A stretch of DNA of 64,000 bases from positions 259,531-323,530 of the forward strand of contig JAOUMY010000005.1 in the NCBI GenBank assembly GCA_029881255.1, given 5' to 3'. The notes beneath the pieces are model-generated. The model made no database searches and was not told the DNA's origin. It saw only the letters and a program-made list of their open reading frames with translations. Positions 1-8,903 of this stretch are shown here, piece by piece (the first letter of the stretch is position 1; each line of letters begins with the position of its first letter). This stretch comes from Gammaproteobacteria bacterium. GTDB taxonomy: Bacteria > Pseudomonadota > Gammaproteobacteria > S012-40. Made by a program: the position numbers and the translations under genes.

Positions 1-82
1 AATACAAACTTGCCCGGCGTATGTGCACAAGCGAGCAATAAGAAACTACAGCAAAGAACAACAAGGACGCGACGCATGGAAA

Positions 83-1231
83 TTACGGTAGCAACAACAT
101 TGCTGATTTCTGATCTACCGAGGTTTGTTCAGCTGGATTTTCGCCAGGCGCGGCGGGCACAGATTCTGGTTGTACTGGTTGAGTCTCTTTTGTCGACGGT
201 TTAGAAGCAGGACTTTTCTCCAGAACGGGCTGAGCTTTGGCAGGCGGCAGTATCTCGAAAACCTGGACGCGACCATTGAGACTGTCCGCGACATACAGAT
301 AACCCTTATGGACTTTCATGTCGCTAACGAATCGAAACTCGCCTCGACCGTAACCATTACTACCAATAACGTCGATCAACTTGCCCTGCTGAAAAACCTT
401 GATAATACTTTCATTCTTTTCGGAGACGTAAACACGCCCAAAGTTATCAACTGTCAGTGCGGTAGGGAATATCAACTGACCTTCACCAAAATGGGTCAGA
501 TAACGGCCTTCGTTGTCGAGTACCTGAACGCTGAGCTCAATACGATCGCTAAGATAAAACCCATCGGCCGTTTTAATCATATCGGTGATGATGCGAAATT
601 TACCCGGCCCTTCACCGCGACCACCAATACCGCGTAATGGCTCACCACGCTTATTGAAAACAACCACATGGCTATACACTTCGTCGGCGACGAAAACTTC
701 GCCATTGTCTTCATTGACAGAAACGGCAACCGGACGAGAAATGTTTGGGCCGTGAAAATAGCTACGGATTAGATTGCCATCGGGATCAAAATGCAGCACG
801 CGACGACCTTCGATATCAGCCAAATAGAATGAATGATCGGCTGCGACATAGATATCGGTGGCGTCTTCGGCGACTTCAGCACCAACACCTGCCATCGGGT
901 CCATACGTCCATCGACGAGTGAATAACGGAAAATATATCCATCACCGGCGTCGAAGATATACATGATGTCATCACGTAGCCCGATCGAGACAGGTCTTTC
1001 TAAATCATGGGAGTCGTCACCAACGAGAAATCTCTTAAATCCATCACCTGAGCCCAGACCGACACGGTCTATTGTTGCTCGGTAGCGCAACGTTTTGGCT
1101 TCGGTATCGACACTCGGATGTATGGGCGACATTTTCTCTGGCGCAATCGAACATCCCGCCATGAAAATCGCCAGTGCAATTGAGACTATTTGTAGCGCAG
1201 GCCTACGCTTTTTCTGGGTTCTCTGTGGCAT
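83..1231 (-). CDS. NHL-repeat (six-bladed beta-propeller) lipoprotein. The N-terminus has a lipobox (LAIFMAGCS) and the C-terminus is a Pro/Glu-rich tail. The 5' end overlaps the upstream gene by 46 nt, so the true start may be internal.
   Basis: Repeated [YF]VAD / GxGxGxF segments typical of NHL repeats (e.g. IYVAADHSFYLADIEGRRVLHFD, VFVADEVYSHVVVFNKRGE, LYVADSLNGRVQVFE). Lipobox present. Paralog of the ORF at 8904-9971. Confidence 0.6.
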   Translation of the reverse strand: MPQRTQKKRRPALQIVSIALAIFMAGCSIAPEKMSPIHPSVDTEAKTLRYRATIDRVGLGSGDGFKRFLVGDDSHDLERPVSIGLRDDIMYIFDAGDGYIFRYSLVDGRMDPMAGVGAEVAEDATDIYVAADHSFYLADIEGRRVLHFDPDGNLIRSYFHGPNISRPVAVSVNEDNGEVFVADEVYSHVVVFNKRGEPLRGIGGRGEGPGKFRIITDMIKTADGFYLSDRIELSVQVLDNEGRYLTHFGEGQLIFPTALTVDNFGRVYVSEKNESIIKVFQQGKLIDVIGSNGYGRGEFRFVSDMKVHKGYLYVADSLNGRVQVFEILPPAKAQPVLEKSPASKPSTKETQPVQPESVPAAPGENPAEQTSVDQKSAMLLLP

Positions 1232-1782
1232 CGATTACACTCGTAAGGTGGAAATGCAACTTTTCCATGACAAACACCGCAGTACTCACCTTCCATGATT
1301 TTTGCCATAGTGACCGGATTTCCACCCCGCTGAGGAATAAAAATACCGGGATGGCAGTTCTGACAGGTCAACCAGATGGTGTGCGGACGATGGGGAAAAC
1401 GCACATAAGGCATAGAAGCCGTGTTCTGAAAAATGACGTCGAAATCGACGGCGTGCATTTTGTCTTCTTGGGTAAGACCGGCGCGGGGATCAACCATTCC
1501 TTTGTCCAAGGTCTCGACCCAGTTAATCACACCACGTTCATCTCTGGGAAAATTAAGCATGGCTTCTGCGGGTGGCTGCAGTAATTTTACCGCTTCATTA
1601 GCGGGATCATGTATACCGTCTTCCGCAATAGGCGTAACGTCTCCGTGTAATTGAAAATGACCGGAGCTCTCTTCATATCGTCCTTCTATACGTCCCTCAA
1701 GGCTCGCAGCAAATACGGCCGAGGTGTAAATAAACAGCAAGGACAAAATGATAGTAATTTTCAAGATGTTATTATGGCGCAT
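1186..1782 (-). CDS. Triheme c-type cytochrome, secreted (cytochrome c3/c7-like).
   Basis: Signal peptide. Three heme motifs: CQNCH, CGVCH, CNRCH. Conserved block FPHRPHTIWLTCQNCHPGIFIPQRGGNPVTMAKI shared with the paralogs at 3624-4322 and 4337-4792. Confidence 0.7.
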   Translation of the reverse strand: MRHNNILKITIILSLLFIYTSAVFAASLEGRIEGRYEESSGHFQLHGDVTPIAEDGIHDPANEAVKLLQPPAEAMLNFPRDERGVINWVETLDKGMVDPRAGLTQEDKMHAVDFDVIFQNTASMPYVRFPHRPHTIWLTCQNCHPGIFIPQRGGNPVTMAKIMEGEYCGVCHGKVAFPPYECNRCHREPRKSVGLRYK

Positions 1783-1928
1783 AAAGCGTTTCTCTCTGTC
1801 CGCCCTCTCTTAGTCGAACGATTATACATAAATATTTGCAGAATTCTTGTATTTATTGGATTTTTGACCTCAGTAACACAGACTAGCTGTCATACCTTGC
1901 CCGGTCAGATTTTAGAGCAACGTCCCTC

Positions 1929-3404
1929 TTACATCGACACACCCAACAGCATCAATCCGCGTCTGACTTCCATCGTCGCATCCTTGATAATGACCAACGC
2001 TTCGGTATAGTTTCCCACACTTGCTGACTCTTGAGACTTATCGTGAAAGAACTGCCCTTTATCTACATAACGTTGCATCAAATCTACTGACGCCTTTGCC
2101 GGTTTTTTGACCTCAATTGCTACCGGAATCAGTTCCATATAACTGCGATAGCGATTGACTTCATATTCGTATTCATCTTTCGGCGTATCAAACTTTAACT
2201 CATAAACTAGCGTGCGCGAACCCAGCATCGCATTCATTGCTTCGGCGATAGCTCGCTCCGCAAGTCGAGCTTTGTTTATTGCCTGTTTGAAACTATTAGA
2301 CTTGGCAAGATTGTCTGCTTCCGCCAGTAGGCGCGCCACCTCTTTGGCATCGTAATCCACGATTTCGCGCTTTTCCTTTTGAGCGCTACGTTTTGCAGCG
2401 TCATGCGATTCTTCGAAACTCTGAACAGAAGCCAGGACACCCTCGTATTCGCCGCGCATCTCTTCAAGCTCTTCCTTACTAGGTCCCGCCTTTGGTTTTT
2501 TATTGAAAGCCGACACTACATCTTCAGCTAACGCCATGGCTTGATCCAACTCATTCTTATCTAAACTGGCCTGCGCCTGCTTAACTTTATTTTCTAAGTT
2601 ACTTTTCTCATCGGCATCAAGAGCTTTGCCTTTAAACATAATTAGCATGCTTGCATAACTGACTTTTTGTTTTACAACAGAAGGTGACAAGGTGCTCTTT
2701 GCACTTTGTTCCGGATTGGATTTTGAATATTGAGATTGCTCTGTATCGAGCTTAGCCTGCAATGCTTCGAGATCTGACCCAGCATCTACAATTAACAGCT
2801 TACCGCCCATAGACTGATGGTTACGACATTGATAATACAACTCGTCAGGCGTGTCTTTCTGCGGTTGGAAGGTAACATCTCCATTATAGGTAAATTGTCC
2901 GTCAACATTTCTGGTATAAACCGACGAACCCCAACCCTTGGGACTCTTACTCAAATAAAAATCGTGCTTTACGTTGGTTCTAACACGAAACGTATATTGC
3001 TTACCTCTTTCAAGGACTAACCATTTGCCTTGAACGCCATTCAAGGCGAATCCTTTTTCGTGTCCAATACCAAAAAACGGATGACTCTTGTTTTTTTCTT
3101 CAATATCGATCAGAAAAGTATTTGGCTCTTTTGGTAACTCCCTCGTTGGCTTTGAGACGGATGCCGCAATTGGCTCGGCTTTGAGCTCCGATACCGGCGC
3201 CGCCTCAATAATACTGATACTCGAAACTTCTAATTCGTCGTCCTCTGTTTTCTTCGGAGGAACCGGCTTAACCGCCTGCACTTCTGGCTGACTCGACTCT
3301 TTGGCAGGCATTTGGAAAAAAGCGCAACTCGATAATATTAACGCTGAGACGGCTATTGAACCTGATCGAAGAAGAACACTATTTAAGGACGAAATTCTCT
3401 TCAC
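1929..3404 (-). CDS. Lipoprotein with an N-terminal cupredoxin-like (type-1 copper) domain followed by a long alpha-helical/coiled-coil domain.
   Basis: Lipobox LSSCAF, then a Pro-rich linker. The domain carries candidate ligand His in SHPFFGIGH and VKHDFYL, and an amicyanin-like C-x2-H-x2-M site in YYQCRNHQSMGG; the upstream His lies about 48 residues before the Cys. The C-terminal ~280 aa is Lys/Glu/Ala-rich with heptad-like periodicity. Confidence 0.5.
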   Translation of the reverse strand: MKRISSLNSVLLRSGSIAVSALILSSCAFFQMPAKESSQPEVQAVKPVPPKKTEDDELEVSSISIIEAAPVSELKAEPIAASVSKPTRELPKEPNTFLIDIEEKNKSHPFFGIGHEKGFALNGVQGKWLVLERGKQYTFRVRTNVKHDFYLSKSPKGWGSSVYTRNVDGQFTYNGDVTFQPQKDTPDELYYQCRNHQSMGGKLLIVDAGSDLEALQAKLDTEQSQYSKSNPEQSAKSTLSPSVVKQKVSYASMLIMFKGKALDADEKSNLENKVKQAQASLDKNELDQAMALAEDVVSAFNKKPKAGPSKEELEEMRGEYEGVLASVQSFEESHDAAKRSAQKEKREIVDYDAKEVARLLAEADNLAKSNSFKQAINKARLAERAIAEAMNAMLGSRTLVYELKFDTPKDEYEYEVNRYRSYMELIPVAIEVKKPAKASVDLMQRYVDKGQFFHDKSQESASVGNYTEALVIIKDATMEVRRGLMLLGVSM

Positions 3405-3564
3405 AACATTTTCCTATATTCTGGATAAGCCAACGAAACTGATATCAAGGCAAAATAGAAATTCTCTCTAGCGATTGGCTTTTTCCCAAAGCATCGCTAC
3501 TACCATCCCCGTTTTTTATTTTTTCTTCCGGTCGTCAAATTCCGACATTTCACTCTAGCCAATA

Positions 3565-3595
3565 TGACACATCCCTCATAAAGAGGGATGTGTCA
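3565..3595. other. Perfect 13-bp inverted repeat with a 5-nt loop: TGACACATCCCTC-ataaa-GAGGGATGTGTCA. It lies 29 nt downstream of the 3624-4322 gene on the minus strand and has no U-tract on either strand.
   Basis: Read directly from the sequence. Sits between two co-directional cytochrome genes, 160 nt upstream of the cupredoxin lipoprotein gene. Confidence 0.5.
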
Positions 3596-3623
3596 GGTTG
3601 CTTGTACTATCAGATACCCGTGA

Positions 3624-4322
3624 TTATCTCCAAGGGTTCTTGACAGTTGCATCACTCAAAGGCGGAGTCCAGTCAGCTGGCTTGGGCTTGGAGTGACACT
3701 TGGTACAGGATTTCGTAGTCGGTGGAAAAGAAACCTTTCCATGACACACACCACATTTCTGACCAAGAATAATCGCAGACATATTGATCTGATTTGCACC
3801 GCGCTGAGGTATGAAAATCTTCGGGTGACAGTTAGAACAATGTAGCCATTGAGTATGCGGCTTGTGTGGAAATACCACGTCAGGCACAGAGGCCTTTACA
3901 GGACGGACGATATCGAGGTCCATTACGAACGGCTCGACATCAGGATCCTGACGATCGTAACGTGGATTCAACATGCCATCATTTAGTGACTTAACCCAGT
4001 CAATGTGGTTACCAAATTCCGTTGTTGGCAAACCTTCGTATGCAACCTTTGGCGGCTGCAGTGAGAAGGTAGGTTCGTTAGCGGTATCATGGATTCCATC
4101 TTCTGCCGGCGCAGCATTTGGATCTTTGATCTTTTTCAACAGACGGTTGAAAGTGTTGGCACCAGATACATTCATCTTTGAAGGCACGGAACCAGTCACT
4201 TCAGCAGAAGAAACCGGTGCACTCGCGGCAACCGCTAAAGGAGCGATCTCAGACGCCTGTACCATTACTGGCAACGCGGTAAAAGTTACCGCAATTGCAA
4301 AAGTTCTTAATACGTTTCTCAT
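3624..4322 (-). CDS. Triheme c-type cytochrome, secreted; paralog of 1186-1782.
   Basis: Signal peptide. Heme motifs CSNCH, CGVCH, CTKCH. Block FPHKPHTQWLHCSNCHPKIFIPQRGANQINMSAI matches the paralog. Confidence 0.7.
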   Translation of the reverse strand: MRNVLRTFAIAVTFTALPVMVQASEIAPLAVAASAPVSSAEVTGSVPSKMNVSGANTFNRLLKKIKDPNAAPAEDGIHDTANEPTFSLQPPKVAYEGLPTTEFGNHIDWVKSLNDGMLNPRYDRQDPDVEPFVMDLDIVRPVKASVPDVVFPHKPHTQWLHCSNCHPKIFIPQRGANQINMSAIILGQKCGVCHGKVSFPPTTKSCTKCHSKPKPADWTPPLSDATVKNPWR

Positions 4323-4336
4323 TGGTATTCCTCTCC

Positions 4337-4792
4337 CTACTTCTTATAGCCGTCTTGTACAGTGTCTTTCTGATCCAGGGCCTTATAGGCTGGCGCTACG
4401 AGACGTTGTACTGTACTTCCGCTGATGTGAGTTGGTGTACCTGGAATACCTGAGTGACACATGCCGCAGTTTTCAACTGACCATGAAATCTCTCCGTTGT
4501 GGCAAGCACCACAAAATTGGCCATCAATAATCTTCGCCATTGTAATCTTGTTTCCACCGGCCTTGAACTTAAAGCCCAAATCCGCGTGACAAACCTTACA
4601 GCGAAAACGAATGCGGTGATACCAATGAGGAAAAACTACTGGTCGCATACCCGCCGCATCCGCGTAGTTATTGATGACGACGTCTGCATATTCTGCGTGA
4701 GCCGGCTGTGGCATTACCACAACTGCAACCCATGCTAATGCACCGAATAAGGCGAACTTCCAAATGTTAGTGCGCTCTGCTTTGGCTCTCAT
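4337..4792 (-). CDS. Small triheme c-type cytochrome (c3/c7-like), secreted.
   Basis: Signal peptide ending AHAEY. Heme motifs CKVCH, CGACH, CGMCH. Block VFPHWYHRIRFRCKVCH...KITMAKIIDGQFCGACH is related to the other triheme paralogs. Confidence 0.7.
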   Translation of the reverse strand: MRAKAERTNIWKFALFGALAWVAVVVMPQPAHAEYADVVINNYADAAGMRPVVFPHWYHRIRFRCKVCHADLGFKFKAGGNKITMAKIIDGQFCGACHNGEISWSVENCGMCHSGIPGTPTHISGSTVQRLVAPAYKALDQKDTVQDGYKK

Positions 4793-4853
4793 AACTACGT
4801 TCTCCGTTTATTATAAAAAATCAACGTATAAAAAAACGCATTCCCGACCGAAA

Positions 4854-6671
4854 TCAGAAATTGCGATTAATCTGAAAAATCAACGATATGGATCCCAAAC
4901 CGGAATTACTTATAACACCACGCCCAACGAGTGAAGTCGCCAGTTTGCCAATGTTATACCCAAGCTGATTCTCCCAGTCTCCCTGCAAACGATCTTCCCC
5001 CGACTTATTGATCGTTGAAGAAAGATCAAACTTGGTCCGAAATTTGAGCTTATATATACCAAACAAACGCGAATGTTGGTAGCTCAATCTGCCCGTTGCC
5101 ACCGTCAGAAACTCGTCGAAAAATTTGGCATCGCTGCCTCCTTCGTCCCGACGAGAACTCTGCAAGGAAAAATTTCCACTCCAGGCGCTTAAGCGCGTGA
5201 TAGGCATGGATCGGGAGATTTGCATATTTATAATCTGCATCTCCAACGAATTATCGAAAAAGCTTCGAGTATCCATTGCCGTTAATTGCGCATACGCGCC
5301 GCCAGTGTTCACATCCAGATTCCACGCAAAGCTGCCTGAGTGTGACACCGTCAGTATCGAACCAAGATCTTTTGTTACTAAATATTCGCGTGCTTGTTGC
5401 GTGAAACTAGTACGCAAACTCGATCGGTTTCCCGTAATCCAATGTCGACTAATGCTATGACCAAGTCCTGCGTTCAAGTTTTGCGAAAGATCTAAGTCGA
5501 AGTCTGTTGAAGCACCTATTTTGCTGCGTTCACTTCCGGCGTCATTACCTATTCCAGCATTAGAAAACCAGCGATATTGAAAACCACGGCGTATCACTTG
5601 GTCAGATTGATACATTAACTGTACATTCTGTTTGGAACTTATATTCTGGCGACTCTCCGTATCGAGCGCGTTTCCACTAACTGACGCGGTCAGTTGCGTG
5701 CGACGATTTATCGTATAGGTACCTGAAAGAAAAGCATTCACGCCCTGGGTATCATTAATCAAAGAATCGTTATTATTGGTAAACTGGCGCAAATTTACAC
5801 GCAAAGCACCGTTAAGAACATATGGCCTGTAAACCGGACGCCAGTAGAAAAAGCTCGAGGCCTGACTCACTTCACTACTGCTGTCATTCGTACCACTCTT
5901 GTCCGTGTAATTGATATGAGACCCAAGAGTCTTTATATAAAACTCACTATTCGGAACGTAATGGTGCATGGCGGTGAGATACCCAGCTTGCGTTTTGCTC
6001 CCCGGGGTAATCCCTCCCTCTCTTGTCTGATAAGAACCTGTCGCATAAAAATTATGGTTGGCAACACGCGACTGTATTTTTCCGCCATAAGTCTGTTCAC
6101 TTGAATCACCAATCGTACTTGACGTCTGTCTGGCCCGATCCTGTATCCACAAATCTAACTGATCACCGCTACGACCGATAAAACTCTGCTTAACACCGAA
6201 AAAACGCGTTTTGATATCGAGCCCAAGCCTAAGCAGATCTTTTCCTGGAAATTTTACTACTGAATCACTAGTCGCAGGATCAAGATTGTTCTGCATGTAA
6301 AAAGAAGCCACCATCGGCGCACGACTGCGGGGTAAAAATCGAAAATCGCTTCTTGAAGACAACAATAAGGATCGCTTCTCTACGCCCTCTTCCACCAATG
6401 AAAACGCACCGGTACCGGATCCGCCCACGTTAAACGTCGCAAACCATGGCTGCCATAAATAACTATCCGCGTTTAATGAACCGACTACATAAGAGCTCTG
6501 TGATCGCTTTGCCTCTTCAGTGACATACAAAGCGTAGTTATAGCCCAAGTTGCCACTCAAATTCAGGGGAGACGTCGATGCCTGAACGGCCGACAGAAGA
6601 AGACCGCAAAATAATATCGCGAATACCACAGCTGCAGGTCTAAACATTATCACCTGCACTGTATGCACCAT
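4854..6671 (-). CDS. Large outer-membrane beta-barrel (porin-like) protein, about 600 aa. It has no CxxCH motif.
   Basis: Signal peptide (AVQAS). Ser/Thr/Asn/Gln/Gly/Tyr-rich composition with alternating hydrophobic residues throughout. C-terminal Phe (…INRNF) as in many outer-membrane proteins. Confidence 0.6.
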   Translation of the reverse strand: MVHTVQVIMFRPAAVVFAILFCGLLLSAVQASTSPLNLSGNLGYNYALYVTEEAKRSQSSYVVGSLNADSYLWQPWFATFNVGGSGTGAFSLVEEGVEKRSLLLSSRSDFRFLPRSRAPMVASFYMQNNLDPATSDSVVKFPGKDLLRLGLDIKTRFFGVKQSFIGRSGDQLDLWIQDRARQTSSTIGDSSEQTYGGKIQSRVANHNFYATGSYQTREGGITPGSKTQAGYLTAMHHYVPNSEFYIKTLGSHINYTDKSGTNDSSSEVSQASSFFYWRPVYRPYVLNGALRVNLRQFTNNNDSLINDTQGVNAFLSGTYTINRRTQLTASVSGNALDTESRQNISSKQNVQLMYQSDQVIRRGFQYRWFSNAGIGNDAGSERSKIGASTDFDLDLSQNLNAGLGHSISRHWITGNRSSLRTSFTQQAREYLVTKDLGSILTVSHSGSFAWNLDVNTGGAYAQLTAMDTRSFFDNSLEMQIINMQISRSMPITRLSAWSGNFSLQSSRRDEGGSDAKFFDEFLTVATGRLSYQHSRLFGIYKLKFRTKFDLSSTINKSGEDRLQGDWENQLGYNIGKLATSLVGRGVISNSGLGSISLIFQINRNF

Positions 6672-6845
6672 GCGTCACAAATAACAACGGCACCCCTCCA
6701 CCGATGAATGAGACTATTCATATGCTTTCAGGAAAACACAGACAGACCGTGAAACGGTCGTGACGAGCTCTCCTCCCTATTCAAATTTCTGAAGTCGTTT
6801 TAACTTGCAAAAACTCGCGACTTTCAGCGTTGTAAGGCTATCGGT

Positions 6846-7820
6846 CTATAGACCAGCCATATCGATTGTTATAGTTGCCCTGGATTTCAGATTTCGCAAC
6901 AAATCTGCCCAGGCTTGTTTAGCCCGCTCCCGTTGCCATAACTGGCGGACTCGATCCTTAACCTTCTCGTATTCATTCAACTGGGCGTCAAGCGTCTCAT
7001 CCAAACGCAGTATTGCAACGCCCTGCAACATCATCACGGGGTCACTAATTTCATTTTCTTTCATTCCATTGAGGACTTTCTCTGCCTGTGGAGAAAGCAT
7101 ACCCTGATGTAGAAAGCCCATATCGCCGCCGTTAGACGCCGATGGATCACCAGAATGTATACGTGCGGCGTCAGCAAAGTCCGCTCCACTACGCAAGCGC
7201 TTAACCAGTTTTTGCGCTTCGTCGCTAGCAGCCTGCCAAACGTCAGCACCAGACGACGGCGCGACCTTTAACAGGATTAGCGAAACGCGGCGCTGCATAG
7301 GCGTGGTAAATAGCTCGCGGTTTCCATCGTAAAATTTCTGCGCTTCTTTTTCATTCGGGACACCTATCTCTTGCACCCTCTGACGAAGTTGTTCCAGCAA
7401 ATTTTCTTCTTCCAGCGCCGCACGCAAACCAGCCAGCATGCCCTCACGGTTACGCTCCCAATCTGGACGTGACGCATAACGTTTCTCATAAGTCTTGAGC
7501 TGAGATTCAACAGACTTAGCATCGGCTGTAATTTTCTGCTTCTTCGCCTCACGCAACAACAACAACCGCTCAATCAAGGTATCAGAGACTTCTTGTTTGA
7601 ATGCCTCAAGCTGTTGTTCAGGAATCTTGCCGTGGTAAAAGCGCTTGCGCACACCCGCCTGATAGGCCATACGAAAATCGTGTTTGGAAATCTGTTCGCC
7701 GTCTACGACAGCAAATGCATCATTCTCTTTGGCTGTTGCTTTGGCATCGGGCTTGGCATAGGCAGCTACCTGCCACAAAACCAGCAAAACGACTAAGCCC
7801 GCTTTTACAACTCCGCGCAT
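6846..7820 (-). CDS. Periplasmic peptidyl-prolyl cis-trans isomerase, SurA/PpiD-like with a parvulin domain.
   Basis: Signal peptide. Parvulin signature ...SGDPSASNGGDMGFLHQGML... A chaperone-like N-terminal helical region is present. Confidence 0.7.
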   Translation of the reverse strand: MRGVVKAGLVVLLVLWQVAAYAKPDAKATAKENDAFAVVDGEQISKHDFRMAYQAGVRKRFYHGKIPEQQLEAFKQEVSDTLIERLLLLREAKKQKITADAKSVESQLKTYEKRYASRPDWERNREGMLAGLRAALEEENLLEQLRQRVQEIGVPNEKEAQKFYDGNRELFTTPMQRRVSLILLKVAPSSGADVWQAASDEAQKLVKRLRSGADFADAARIHSGDPSASNGGDMGFLHQGMLSPQAEKVLNGMKENEISDPVMMLQGVAILRLDETLDAQLNEYEKVKDRVRQLWQRERAKQAWADLLRNLKSRATITIDMAGL

Positions 7821-7844
7821 CTCTACTTACCTGTTCCGCACTGT

Positions 7845-8744
7845 TTACTTAACGTGACACGTCAAACACAAACCGCTTGGTGTGTCTGTATTGCTAATGC
7901 GCAGAAAAGTTGGGTTTACAGTTTCATGCGGATCATGGCAACTGGCGCATTCCACAAAAGGTTCTTGTTCAGACTGTCCAGGATAACCATTTTGTGCGTC
8001 ACGAGTATAAAGCAGGACATCATGTTTTGTACGCTCACCATCGCCGCCGTTGCGCCAATCATGGTCAACCCACCAGATATAACGACCGTCTTTTACTTTA
8101 TAGTTCACTTCAGCAAAATCAGGGTCGTTAGTGTCTCCACGACTGGGTTTCGGACGAGAAGCACTTACGCCGCCACCGGCATATTGCATTCCTATAGGGT
8201 GATCGTTGGTTAAGTCCGTTCCGAGATTTTGAACCAGACCCGGGGCAATCACAGAGCTATTGTCATTAGATCCGATTCCACCTAACTGCTGATCCGCGCC
8301 CGTCCAACGTCCAGCGGAAAAACTCGGGTTCTCTGCACCAGAACCAGGTTCATTGATGAGATTGTCGAGAGCTATGGTACCGTCATGACATGACAGACAG
8401 CCGATAGAAACAGAACCCACATCAGCAATACGTGCGTCGAATGTCGACGTGCCCAATTGATCATAAGTCTGATAAACAGCTGGATTGGCTAGTTTGCGAT
8501 TCCAGAGTGGAATAGCTGCGCTGGAATCACCACCATGAGGGGTATGACAGAAGACACAGATTTCGGCTGTTCCTGAAAATTCATTACGCTCGCCACCGTT
8601 GGCGCTGGTACTTGTACCCGTAACACCGAGATTGTGCACGGATTCGGCAATCCCAGCCCAGGCAACTTTTGTATTGACAGTCAACACAAGACCTATGCCT
8701 GCAACGACTGCAAAACTCGCCAAGGCCTTCAGGTTAGCTCTCAT
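7845..8744 (-). CDS. Tetraheme c-type cytochrome, secreted, with CxxCHxxH 'paired CXXCH'-style motifs.
   Basis: Signal peptide. Heme motifs CVFCHTPH, CLSCH, CASCHDPH, CLTCH. Gly/Asn/Asp-rich loops between the heme sites. Confidence 0.7.
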   Translation of the reverse strand: MRANLKALASFAVVAGIGLVLTVNTKVAWAGIAESVHNLGVTGTSTSANGGERNEFSGTAEICVFCHTPHGGDSSAAIPLWNRKLANPAVYQTYDQLGTSTFDARIADVGSVSIGCLSCHDGTIALDNLINEPGSGAENPSFSAGRWTGADQQLGGIGSNDNSSVIAPGLVQNLGTDLTNDHPIGMQYAGGGVSASRPKPSRGDTNDPDFAEVNYKVKDGRYIWWVDHDWRNGGDGERTKHDVLLYTRDAQNGYPGQSEQEPFVECASCHDPHETVNPTFLRISNTDTPSGLCLTCHVK

Positions 8745-8903
8745 TTCCCCCCCTAAATCTAGAATCCACGTATCAACAAGGCTGATCGATTTCTATCGCT
8801 CTACTATAAAGCCTTATCCCAGCATACTGGACAAAGGCCTTACTCTAGACGACTAACCTTGTTTTCGCAAGACTGAATGTAAGGAAATATAAGAGCAAAT
8901 CAG

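Noticed and set aside
125-637. A 170-aa plus-strand ORF inside the NHL gene; similar antisense ORFs lie inside cbbL (25357-25899, 26044-26406), the outer-membrane protein (5125-5460) and cbbO (30104-30906).
   Set aside because: They lie fully within, and antisense to, genes with strong family matches. They have low-complexity or odd composition and no RBS.
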